This document shows, in pieces, positions 49,951-62,909 of a DNA stretch of 64,000 nucleotides. The position numbers and the translations under genes were made by a program. Location of the stretch: NCBI GenBank assembly GCA_040954595.2, contig CM082589.2:10924894-10988893 (forward strand), given 5' to 3'. The stretch is from Balanoglossus misakiensis (lineage: Eukaryota; Animalia; Hemichordata). The first letter of the stretch is position 1; each line of letters starts with the position of its first letter. Under the pieces are notes generated by a model. That model searched no databases. It had not been told where the DNA came from and saw only the letters and a list, made by a program, of their open reading frames with translations.

Positions 49951-52910
49951 TAATTCTGATAAAATGCCTACATAGTAAGTTTCAAAACCAATTGTACCTT
50001 CAACGTCCTTGGACAACAATGGCTAATATTACTTGCCAAGGGCGACTAGAATTTTGGGGGCCTGATGCAATTCTGATACATGTACTTCATGATTTAGAGA
50101 TATTGTGAAAATCCTGTCAACCGAATTACAGGGAAATCAGATTTTCCATGTAAAATCATATCACCCAAAAATGTCAAGTGTCGAAAATAATTTTGAAACA
50201 AAAAGTCTACTCAAAATCATACCAAAATTTAAATTTTAAAGCAGTACGTTAGGCAAGCAATTTGAGAATGAAGAAACTTACAAAAAAATTATAAATTGAA
50301 AATAACTTACAAATGCCGTACACAAACTTACAATCACTACCATATTACTGTACAAGTTAAAAGGACATTGTACCAGCAGAGACATTGCGATCGAGCAATC
50401 CCCAAGATATACATGACATGGTCTAATTACAAATATTGAATATGTAAAATAGGTACACAACACTTCCATTCTTTCAGTACAGTCAGCTGCTTGTTAACAA
50501 TAGGCATGTAGCTATTTCATCAACACCTTTCAATCATTAACTGGTTTATCTAGTGTCCCATGTCAGGGGACTTGCCCCCACCCCATGATAACTTTGAGCG
50601 GCGACGGTTAAATTTATCCTCCCCAACATACTGGTAGTTGAGTTAATTTGCTTTTGCTGGGTTCATAAAAATGCAGCTCTGAGCTCTGTATTTTATAAAA
50701 TTTTCTTACGTGGGAGGGGGACACCCCTTCCCACACCCACCCCCTTCAATTCCCGGTTTACAATGTCTCCCAACACAGAATACAAATACTTAAAAAATAA
50801 AAACCATGTTCAGTTTTAATACCCACTGATGAGGGGAAACATCAGTTTCAAAGTCTTTTCATGGGAGCGCTGTTTTTCTTTTTTACAAGATAGATAAGTG
50901 ATGTGTTTTGCTCTGTGAAAGAAAATGGGGGGGGGGGATTTTAAAATTTTGGCAGTTCAGAAGGGGGTGGGGGATTTGAAAATATTTCGGGTTGTGTACA
51001 GGGGGGGGGGGGGCATGTGAAAATTAGCAGTAAAAAAATTGAATTTCCCCCCCCCCCCCCCCCCCCCCCCCGCCTCCCCGATGTAGAGGTGTTTGTGAAT
51101 GGAGCCTAAGCTAAAGCTAAAGTGATAATGGGTCATAACAGACAAAATAACAAAATGTGAAAAACATTTAATGAGTTTAATATGCTAACTACGGAGACAG
51201 ACATGTTTGACCAAAGCATGAAATACACAAAATGTATCATTTCTTCCACCTCTTACTACAGTGGGTTGTAGACTTTTCGCCCAGAATGCAATGTGATTTG
51301 ACCCCCTAGCGCAAAGTGAAAACCTATTTAAGGCAGCCAGAATTTTCTGCATAGTATGACGGAAACATTTGTAAAGTCATGGCTAGCGTGGGCTGGTAAG
51401 TTTATATGGGGCTCTCCATGATAACCAGTTGTGGCTTACCACCACCATAATTTTGAAAGGGCGACTTCACTATTTGATGGGAAAAGGTAGCCTTTACAAA
51501 CAAGCTATGGAGCATGTATACAGCAAGTTGTGCTTACCGGAAAGCGGTCTTGGATCAGGCCTAGGTATTCTCTTCCTCCTCCGGCATACGTTGAAATGCT
51601 GTGTTTAAGACTGTGAATCAAATATATGCTTATCAATTAGTAACCAATCAACCTTGCTTTAGAATTATTTGGGCCATACTAATTAGTGAAAATATGCAAA
51701 ACATGGTATAATATAGGGTCAGACTGTGCTGCGATAATGTACGTGGAATACGAATCAGAGAAATCTGTAACAGCGATCTTGAAACTCCATTTACATCAGT
51801 ACTGCAGTAAAGTGGTCCACATGGGTATACCACAAACATGGCAGTTAGGTGACAAGTGAAACTGACATCATATCTGTAAACGACAGGTGTACACACACTT
51901 TGACATCTACGTAACACTGTACAATGATTTCTTAATGTTTGTTGTGAAAATGAAACTTACATTTGATCCACCTCACTTTTCATACAACTGATTAGCGCAA
52001 GAATGTAAATTGTTGGCAATTATAAAACATTTATTTTACTATAGAAAAGTAAGCCTTTACATTTAAACTTTGAATATCAGTATACTAAAATGTTTCAAAC
52101 GTGGCTGTCAGTATATCTCATGGCATGGTGGCAGAAGTACATGTTGTTACCAGGGAAGACACAGTGAACATAGACAAGCGCACTAGTCGCTTGGTGATTT
52201 TTCATCTAGATTCTCAAAACTTTCTGTGCATTTGGTAGCTTTGAGCAAGTTTCTGGTACTGAGCTGAGTTTCGAATTTGGAACTGGGCTGCTTTGGCTTT
52301 GATTACCATGGGCCAATATGATCTTATGCACACATTTTTGAAAAAAACTCCAGCCTGTTTGTGTCGTGATCTATATTTTTCTTTGTGGCCTAAGGTATTG
52401 TTTTATTTCACTATAAACAACATTACTTTCCTTCATGTGTCTATATATAATAATAGATCTCTTAGCCAGTTTGATGAAGCATAGTGTTGGACTAGCACAC
52501 TTTTAGCCAAAATTACGGTATCTCCCCGTGTATTGGTATGGGAGTAATTTCTAGCTATATGGTTAAGGAAATGCATCCAAATTTAATTTATGCTTCACAT
52601 GAAGATTTGAACTTGACCATTTAATTCATGTCATCACGATCATATCACAGGCAATCGAGGCTAGAATTCGAAGGAAAAAAGTATTGATAACTGGAAGGTG
52701 TAAATTAGTTCGTAGACATACATTGTTTCCTATTGTTTCGGTTGTGCCACGCCCGATAAAAGCAAATATACAGCAAGTCATGCTTACCATTGAGCGGTCT
52801 TAAACTCGCCCCAGACGAGGAAGAGAATCCCGAGTTGAAATGCAGACAATTTCAGGCAGCATCTGTGAATCAAATAGATATAGAAGTTAGTAACCAGTCA
52901 TAGTAGCTCT
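49465..52910 (+). repeat. Segmental duplication copy 1 (paralogue of 56342-59710; homology extends patchily to 47666/55527)
   Basis: Colinear blocks, e.g. taactcagatcacctatgaagc 49468/56342, caatggctaatattacttgcc 50017/56977, agttagtaaccagtcatag 52885/59685. Confidence 0.93.
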
Positions 52911-55044
52911 AAGTTGGGTGTAAAAGTCTAAGTTGGGTGTACTAACTCTCCTTGTTAACAGTAACTTTCAAAGAAACTGAGCAATTGGTTAAAAAGATTT
53001 GCTATCCAAAAACAAAGAAATTTACAACAAACTACCTAAATATTGACAACCAGAATTTAATCAAAGTTGCACATACATGTACATGTGTTATGAAATTGTT
53101 AACTAACTTCCAAAGCAATCAGGAACCAGATATTAACTGAATATGCTCACGTGCAGTACTGTGATTGGTTGACAGAATAACAAGATTAGAAAAACCAGTT
53201 TTAAACCATTTTGGTTTATAGTGTATATGGTGTAAGGGTTGTGTGTTGCACCATTGTGAAATGTAAACATGTTTGTGGAATTGTTGCCTTGTCAATTTTT
53301 GTAAGGGGTTATGAGTCATGTACCCCATCCTGAACTGCATAAAAATAATAAGTCTATGGAATTCTAAAACTCTTTGATCAAAAATGGCAAGAAATACACC
53401 AAAAAGTATGAATATTTCACCAGATTTCAACAAATCTGATTTCTGTTCATGCCTAAGAACCTCTTTAACAAGTTTCAATAAGGAAGACATTTTGGCAAAC
53501 AACAGGAAATTCAGACAAATCTGACTGATATCACATATATGAATTCCCATTCAAAGTTTCCAACCAATTGGACTTGTGGTATTACCGAAGACTATTTGGC
53601 CAAACCCTGCAGAAATTCCCAAAAAATACAATTATGCAAATTTCATTACAATTTGATCATATCTGACTGAGATCACCCCTAGAAACCCAAATACAAAGTA
53701 TCAAAACAATTGCACCTACATTTCACAGGATTGGATTTTTTGGCAAAAACAGGAAATATTGCCCAAAAATGCATTTTTGCAAATTTCACCACCGTTTGCA
53801 CAAATGTGATTCAGGTAAGCCCTATGAACCTCCATACCAAGTTTCCAATCAATTGGACATGTAATTTCAGAGAAAAATTTTTTTTAACAAAAATGCAGAA
53901 AATTCCCCAAAAAATTCATAAAAAATAGGAAACGCCAGATACTGACTCCACCTGAACAAAATCATACGAGGTCTTCCCAAAGTACTTGCACACCAATGCA
54001 CGCCAATTTTTAACTTAATCTGATCCGCGGTTATTAAGTTTTTCAATTTTGACTATTTGAACATTTTTCCAGTTAATACCAGTATGCATTTTTTCGCAAT
54101 AACAATTTCTATGTACACACTAAATATCAGTAGTTTCAAGTTTTTGATGTTGATGGACATACACATACATACATCAATACATTAAGACGAAACTGATCCA
54201 TTCACAAAATACATAATTCTGTATGAGGCACACATACAGACATACATAGCCGACGGACACCAACTTATGCTATAAGCTGACATTTATATACATGTTAGCC
54301 AAAAACCAAAATCAACCTCAAAATAGACATTAAAATATATTGCACCACCATGAGAAGACAAATTCATTTTTTGACAAATTTTCTGGGGCGTCATTGATAT
54401 AGCATGGCATATTGTCAAAGTACGTAGGCTCTGTGATAAGATTCCATACACACAAAATGGTAACCTTGGAAGTCCAGCTGACGTAGTTATGCAATGGCGT
54501 CTCGTGTATTCCGTCGCCAAAAAATCATCGTAAACTAATTGATAGTCGGGGTCACAATTCAAGACGACTTTCTCTAAATTCTTTATGAATGGATTAAATC
54601 GAAATCGAAATGTTGACGTATGACGTACGGAATGAGATCTGAACAGACATTCAATGTTATCATTCTCGCTCGATCACATATTGGGTAGGCCATCTAGCAA
54701 TCGCTATATAGTATTGGCGATAACAGACTGTCTATAAACACACAAAACGGATTTTACTGTTGAGTGTGATCAACCGCCATGTTATTTTTCTCTGAACAAT
54801 AGACAAATAGAAAGCCTGGTGACATTTTGAGATTGACTGCGTGAGGACCACAATATGCGTGAATCATTTACGGTTTGTCTTGATGAATGGGTCACGTCAT
54901 AGTCATAACGCGGATTCGGCTGCACGCCAACTATCTGCCATATTGTCTCAACTAACTTACTCGTAAGTAGTTTCAAACTTCATTTGAAAAGAGTATTCGT
55001 CTGACGGTCCTGTAGATTAACAATTTACGCTCTATGAAGCAACT

Positions 55045-55457
55045 AAACAACGTTAGCTTCCTTGTGGATTCACGTAGGGAAGTTATTCGTAACGACGGGT
55101 ACAGCGTCTGAGCATGGACAGAACCACGGCAATATCGCCAGGAATGTCTCATTTCACAGCGCCCTCAAACAGTCGATCTCCTCAAACTATCGTTTCCACT
55201 GGTCATATATGCAGCATTAACGAAAGCTCTCATAGACAACCATGTAATAGAAAAATTAAAACTTTAATAACTTCATTAATATCAAAGCCACACCCACCAA
55301 AACCTTTTCAGTTCTTGCCATATGATATCTGAACCTGTGTACTAAATTTGGTTGAAATCGGTTCAGCGGTTCTTGAGATATCGGGTATACAGACAGACAC
55401 ACACATACACAGACATCGCTAAACTATAAGCTCACGTGATTTTCAGGTGAGCTAAAA
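55045..55457 (-). mobile_element. HINE-like element
   Basis: Hairpin cttcc..ggaag near 55057, (acag/ac)n microsatellite, terminal hairpin agctcac..gtgagct followed by aaaaa. Confidence 0.65.
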
Positions 55458-57386
55458 ATTGGGTTACCCCTAGGAATATTCCTACCATATTTCAAAGCCA
55501 TCAAAAAAGCAGTTTCAAAGAAAAACACATTTGTTCAAAAGTGGCAAAAACACAAATATGCAAACATCTCTATAATTGTACACCATCTTACTTCAATCAC
55601 TACAAGGAACATTCCTGCCAAAATTCAAAGCAATCTGACAAGGGTTTGAACGGTTTAACAGAAAACAGTTTTTGACAAAGATTGCAAAAAATATCCCCAA
55701 TAACACAAGCACGCAGTTTTAACCATTTTTATGACATCTTCCTTGGGTTACCCCTGGGAATCTGTCTACCAAATTGCAAAGCATTCTGACCTTAATTGGC
55801 AAAATTGCTCAAAATTATAAATATGCCTATTTTACAACAATCTGAACAAAAAATATGGTAACTCGGACCACCCATAGGAAGCTTCATACTAAATTTCGAA
55901 GGAGTCGGACTATCGCTTTCAGAAGTGAAGATTTTTTTTTACCAATAATGTGGAAAAAGACAAAAAAAATTAATAAACATTAGAAAATTCATAATATTAG
56001 CTCACAACATACAGGACTGTATGGGGTTCATTGACATACCAATCTGACCAGTGGTTGTCAAGTTTCTGACTTTTGACCAATTTCACATTTACACAGGTAA
56101 TATTTTGGCAATGACAATTTCATTTGAACAAAATCCCATCTACAGCCCCGCCTGCATCTACACACTAAATATGGAAGTGATATGCCCAGCGGTTTTCATC
56201 CATTCACTCATACATACAAATGCAACTGATTCCATAAGGTCCCAATCGTATATATGTACATAAACCAAATGGGACCTAAAAATTGCTCCAAAATTATAAA
56301 TACGCAATTTTTGGCAACAATTTAAACAAAACTATGGTTGGTAACTCAGATCACCTATGAAGCTTCATAATAAATTTCAAACAAGTCAGCTGATCAATTC
56401 CAGAAAAGTAGGTTTTTACCGACAATGTGGAAAGAGACAAAAAAAATGCTTAAAAATAGAAAATTCACATTATTAGCTCACAACATGTAGAATTGTGAGA
56501 GGATACCATAAGGTACATGCATACCAATTATCAATTTTGAAAGCAATTTGCCCAGTAGTTGTTGAGTTCCCAAGTTTTGACGAATTTGACACTTTCCCAG
56601 CTAATTTGCATATTTTGGCAATGACAACTTCACTTAGACAAACTCCCATCTACTGCCCTGTCTGCACATTAAATATCAAGGTGAAATGCCAGTAGTTTCC
56701 AAATGTTTGATGTTGATGGACATACAAACATCCATACATACAGGTGCAACTGATCCCGTAAGGTACCATGGTATAAATACATATACCAAATGGGACCTAA
56801 TAATTCTGATAAAATGCGTACATACGTACATACATACAAGTCAGCAATAAAGAGACGGGATAGTGGGCTGGCACTGAGTGTCTATTTCTATTGCAAATTA
56901 TAAACATGCAGCAAGTGTAAAAACCACATGTACCTTCAACGTCCTTGGACAACACATTTTTGTAACTTTCCCAGATCAATGGCTAATATTACTTGCCAAA
57001 GGCGACTAGAATTTTGGGGGCCTGATGCAAGTCTGATACATGTACTTCATGATTTAGAGATATGATGAAAATCCTGTCAACCGAATTACAGGGAAATCAG
57101 ATTTTCCATGTAAAATCATATCACCCAAAAGTGTCAAAAATAATTTTGAAACAAAAAGTCTACTCAAAATCATACCAAAATTTAAATGTTAATGCAGTAC
57201 GTTAGGCAAGCAATTTGAGAATGAAGAAACTTACAAAATAATTTATAAATTGTAAATAATTTACAAATGCCGCACACAAACTTACAATCACTACCATATT
57301 ACTGTACAAGTTAAAAGGACATTGTACCAGCAGAGACATTGCGATCGAGCAATCCCCAAGATATACATGACATGGTCTAATTACAA

Positions 57387-57700
57387 TTATATTATACCAG
57401 TATATTGATGGTGTAAATCACGCTATTTGATTGGTCGAGACACGACACGTGACCGTGATATATTAGCCATATACCACAGTCATATATCATAGTCAAAGAA
57501 AATGCCTTTTCAAAATGTTTTATGCCAAGTTTCAATATACTGGCATAATATAATAGCAATAAAACACCCCCAGCCATGGTATACCACTCGATTTTGACCA
57601 GTTCAACTCCATATACGCACTCGCTATCGCTCGTGCGTATATGTCGTGAACTGGTCAAAATCTCGTGGTATACCATGGCTGGGGGTGTTTTATTGCTTAA
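57387..57700. mobile_element. Crypton-like non-autonomous element, no TSD
   Basis: Absent at the paralogous site (ttacaa|atattg, ~50430). ~65-bp hairpin arms agcaataaaacacccccagccatggtatacca..ctcgctatcgctcg..tggtataccatggctgggggtgttttattgct, then taa. Confidence 0.75.
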
Positions 57701-58998
57701 ATATTGAATATGTAAAATATGTACACAACACTTCCAGTCTTACAGTACAGTCAGCTGCTTGTGAACAATAGTCATGTAGCTATTTCATCAAATTTACAGC
57801 CCAAGTCTTGCCTATACAATTCTCCCTACTTTAAACACGTTTTAAGCTACCCTAAATGAGTGATGAAAATCTCATACGGTCGATAATTTCAAGATGGCCG
57901 ATTTTTGCCATGTTAAAGAAATGGGAGTTCATAAGCTAAAATGATGATGGGTCATTCTTGAACTTTTTAACAGAAAAAATAGCAAAAGTGAAAAAAAGTT
58001 TAATATGCTAACTACCGAGACAGAAATGTTTGACCGAAGGAAGTCATGAAATACAGTAAACATATCATTTCTTCTATCTCTTACTACAGTTGGTTATGGA
58101 CTTTCCGCCCAGAATGCAATGAGATTTGACACCTAGCGCAAAGTGAAAAACCTATTTAAGGCAGCCAGAATTTTCTGCATAGTATGACGGAAACATTTGT
58201 AAAGTCATGGCTAGCATGGGTTGGCAGGTTTATGGGACCCGCTCAGGTTCCCTCGAATAACACATAATGCATGATTGGTGACTGATTATTGTTTATTTGT
58301 TGATTTTGTCACATTTTCAGAAAAATCCCTATCAATCAGTCATATTTGTTTGGCCTTGCTATACAGCGCAATATGAATCTTGTTGACTGAAATTGTTGAG
58401 GATAGTGGTACATAAAGGTTACCAATTGGAAAATATTAAAATGATTATTAGTGGTGTCCAACTCTTCATGATAACCAGTTGTGGCTTGCCACCACCATAA
58501 TTTTAAAAGGGTGACTTCACTATTTGATGGGAAAAGGTAGCATTTACAAACAAGCTATGGAGCATGTATACAGCAAGGTGTGCTTACCGGAAAGCGGTCT
58601 TGGATCAGGCCTAGGTATTCTCTTCCTCCTCCGGCATACGTTGAAATGCTGTGTTTAAGACTGTGAATCAAATATATGCAAATATTAATTAGTAACCAAT
58701 CAACCTTGCTTTAGAATTATGTGGGCCATACAAATTAGTGAAAATATGCAAAACATGGTATAATATAGGGTCAGAAAAAATTTCCAGCCTATTTGTGTCA
58801 TGATTTACATTTTTCTTTCTGGCCTAAAGTATTGTTTTATTTCACTCTAAACAACATTACTTTCCTTCATGCGTCTAATATAATAACAGATCTCTTAGCC
58901 AGTTTGATTAAGCATAGTGTTGGACTAGCACACGTTCAGCCAAAGTTAAAGTATCTCCCTGTGTATTGATATGGGAGTAATTTTAGCTATATGGTTAA

Positions 58999-59345
58999 AG
59001 GGACAAAGTCTCTCTGTCGCTGTCCTTTTTCCATTAATTATGTTTGATACAAGACACTGTTTATGTCAATGTACATTTGGATATATAGTGAATAAATGAT
59101 CAACCACACAAAACTTCCATCCCGCTTGTATGATATGAGAGTAAAAACTCGCCCAAAATGAATAAATGGTAAAGAACGATTATTCATTTTGGCGAGTATT
59201 TTTACTCTCGTGTCTACAAGTGGGACGGAAGTTGTGTGTGGCTGAACGTTCATTCACTATATATCTACATGTAGAATAACAAACGGTGTCTTGTATCAAA
59301 TATAATTAATGGAAAAAAGGGCAGCGAGAGAGAGACTTTGTCCCT
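58999..59345. mobile_element. Foldback MITE FB350, full length, TSD shown by an empty paralogous site
   Basis: TTAA at 58995-58998 and 59346-59349; empty site tatatggTTAAggaaatgcatcc at 52556-52578. Confidence 0.95.
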
Positions 59346-59865
59346 TTAAGGAAATGCATCCACATTTATTTTATGCTCCACGTGAAGATTTGAACTTGTG
59401 AGTTGTCCATCTAATTCATGACATCACGATCATATCACAAGCAATCGAGGCCAGAATTCGAAGGGGAAAAAACAGGTACATTGTATTGAAAGCTGGAATA
59501 TGTAAATTAGTTCGTAGACATACATTTCTTCCTATTGTTTCGGTTGCAACACCCGATAAAAGCAAATATAAAGCAAGTCATGCTTACCATTGAGCGGTCT
59601 TAACCTCGCCCCGGACAAGGAAGAGAATCCCGAGTTGAAACGCAGACAGTTTCAGGCAGCATCTGTGAATCAAATAGACATAGAAGTTAGTAACCAGTCA
59701 TAGAAGCTCTGCGTGGCAGGGCTGCGTGTTAACGGCTATACCATAGCTCCCACTGGTAGCTTATAACAGTCTCAATGGTGCCAAAAATCTCCCCAACAAC
59801 AAAACCAACCCTGGTCAGTTTATTCGTTATCGCTTTGCCTTAAAAGTTATACTGTAGTGTGTTAC

Positions 59866-60281
59866 CACAGGGGGCTCCTCCCTCCGCGATTTTATTGTTT
59901 GTTTGTTGTTGTTGATTGGCATAATAAACAAATACATATTTCTTTATTAATAAATATGGTTTGTTGACATGTAAGTGTTAGGGTATATTCAACAGTTAGG
60001 GTTACTGTTGGCATTTTTTTCGATCCACGGCCCCGGGCATCACTAAGCCACAGGGGGTGGGGGGGGGGGGGGTTTGGGGGGGTGATGCCGGCCATGGATC
60101 GAAAAAATGCCAACACTAATTCTAACCGTTGAATATACCATAACCTGTCAAATATACCCTAATAACCTAACCCTTACATGTCAACAAACCATATTTATTA
60201 ATAAAGAAATATGTATTTGTTTATTATGCCAATCAACAACAACAAACAAACAATAAAATCGCCTAGGGAGAGCCCCCTGTG
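59866..60281. mobile_element. Foldback MITE with 7-bp TSD (P-superfamily-like, tentative)
   Basis: gtgttac|cacagggggctc ... gagccccctgtg|gtgttac; long inverted arms around a G-rich loop. Confidence 0.88.
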
Positions 60282-62909
60282 GTGTTACGGTACCACCTGC
60301 TCCACAATAACAAAGCTGACTCGAGCCAACGAACGACGTACAATTTACTCGCACGGTGTAATATAACGCACAAATTCCATGCGACTGTGAGTTTACTGTT
60401 TGGTGCTGTAACGCTTCCCAAAGTCAGAATTTCGATGTTGGGAGGACCCTCTCGCCCTACCACGACCAGTTTTTGCTAGAAGGAGTGTACATGTACTTGT
60501 AAAATAACATTAAATGCCATGCTTACCAGAGAAACGACATCATCAAGCATGGAGGCGACCGGGACCTCCATGCTTGATGAACGTCAAAGCTGCAATGATT
60601 TTTCAAATGCAATGGTCAGCGGTACGAGAACGAGGCACCAGCTGTGCGTCAATTATGCAACTTACTTACTACTCAATCAGAATCCTGCTTCAACATGACG
60701 TAACACTAATTAGTCAAAGAATGCAATGCAACGTATGTGTGCGGGTGGAGAATGCGCCTCACGTCAATGCAGACACACCAGACACACACACTGAAATGCA
60801 AATTGAGGAATTATGTCACGGTGTTCTTTGGAAGTGCGAATGAATAAAATATTTCGTTTTCTTCAGTGTTTTTGTACTACAAAAAAAATTGCTAAAAAAC
60901 GACTAGCAAGCGCTTATGCAATAAAATACAAATAAATATAATTATCGCCAATTGGAAATGGAACGTCAATCCGCATTTGTCAAAAAATAACAGAAAAGAC
61001 AAAGGAGCTGAGACGTCCTAAAATAAAAGGAATGACCTCTCTGTTCTGACCTGTATGAGGAAGCCCTATTGTAATACGCAATATGTCGGATCATGCTACC
61101 ATCCGCCATTCTGATTGGACGAGAGATCAATCCATCGATACGAAAGTACTCAATAGAGCACTGCTAAAACTGGCCCCTGAACTAATAGCATGCAACAGGG
61201 AAAACGTGACTAAATAAAAAAAAAATATAGCTGATAAATTTACGGACGGCCGGTTTATTTTTTAACTGCTCTATTGGAACTGTTGTCACTGTCATGCACG
61301 ATGCATGTCTTGTCATTGCGCACTCGTGTTAACATTCATCAGAGCGCCTTTCGATCAATTCGTAACGTTTACATTAGACTCGAGTTCATTTTCGTTATGA
61401 AAATGACATTGATATACACAAAGTCGATTACTGATATAAAATAATAGCAATAACCCTAACCATAGATTAGGCTATAGCATTCCGGTATTTTTTTCAATAT
61501 CACTCAGGAAGGATTCTATAACATTCTGTTTTGTATCGGGATGTATAATTTAATATCCATACTACAAAACAAATATCAGCGGTAACTCAGAAAATATTGT
61601 TGAAAATTTGTTCTCTGTAGGCCTAACCATGGTAAGATAATGCAATGCCGGTAAGTATTTTGGAAGTCAAGGTTGCATTGTATTGTCTGGTGTTCAAATA
61701 ATCACAAACATCCCGGAAGACTAAATTCTTTCTGTCAAAACCACTTCTGCAACGACAAGAACTTTCAGGGCAGGCAAAACCATGGCATGAAGACGATATG
61801 AAGTCGATGAGTTAATGTTATGTTGAACCCGGCCACTTTACGTATCTTAACTATTCACACATTGACCATTCTATAATTCTCTCCCTTTTGATGTCTTCTT
61901 TGTGGTTTGTTTGTAAAAATGTTGCCTGTGTTGAAACTTGACTACTTGTCACTTTTGCCTACCAAGAATAATATGACCAAAAGGGGTGGCATGAAATTCT
62001 AGACTGTAACAAAACTCGATTTCATGACCCAAAGTTTGATTTTATGTGTTTTTGGTTTGGACGTGGCAAAGACATGTAAATTCCGACCACCTATACACCA
62101 TCCATACATGTATGAATCGACATCATTTATTGCACGAGAGACTTCAAGCAAGCATTCCATCATCGCAAAAGGACAAAGAGAGAGCGACTTTGTCTCTTTA
62201 AATTAATTTAGCAAGTTCAAAGTGAATGCCCACATGAAAACCTTTACTCAGCAATTTTTTTTGTAATTAATAAAACTAGGTTTGGTATGTTTTTGCGCTT
62301 GTTTTATTTTCCTTTTGTCTATAAATAGTCGTATATTTTAAAACAGCTAAAATGAGTCAAATGGGGCATTTTTCCATCCCACCTCATCCTAGCTAAGAGC
62401 TTCAGTGCCGGTCACCTCCACAAAATTAATTTACCACGAACAAATTGAAATACAGCCAATCGGAAAAAGTGCGCCACCACATGGTCATTTGAAGACTTTT
62501 ATGCTCTCTTCTGGCCGTAAACGCATGTGATCTGGAATAAATCGAACATCGATCGTGTTTTATTTATTTTCACCACCAGCGAAAATCTACGACGGCCCAA
62601 CCGCAGATTATTGCTGCTCCATACAACAACCGGCTTAAACTGTTCTGTGCATGTGTTTTGTGTTCTGGTGGCGTTTGCGGGTCTGAGACGTCATTTGTAG
62701 AAGGCCCTATTCGTTTTCTACCAATAACTTTTACCAACCATGCTAGAACTATTTCGTTTTCTTTGACGACGCTTGACACTTTTCTTGCTTTGTTGTTAGT
62801 ACATGTAGTTTGTTTGTTCGTTACGTCTGTTACTGGGGTTCTTCACTTGTAGTCTGGTTACACTATGAGATAGGTGCCGTTAATCAGAATTTTTGGTAAG
62901 GAAGGTTTG

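Larger units (their letters stand above)
56342..59710 (+). repeat. Segmental duplication copy 2
   Basis: See copy 1; differs by insertions at 57387-57700, ~58235-58460 and 58999-59345. Confidence 0.93.
50332..60589 (-). ncRNA. Candidate spliced structured RNA; exon-like cassettes at 60589-60527, 59662-59588, 58660-58588, 57376-57286, 52862-52788, 51610-51538 and 50422-50332
   Basis: Each cassette is bounded on the minus strand by (c/t)ag and gtaag. Cassettes A (73 nt) and C (91 nt) are identical between duplication copies. A and B have complementary cores. There is no expression evidence. Confidence 0.45.

Noticed and set aside
62440-62720. Possible promoter (CCAAT box, CpG-richer)
   Set aside because: The motifs are too generic and there is no TSS evidence.
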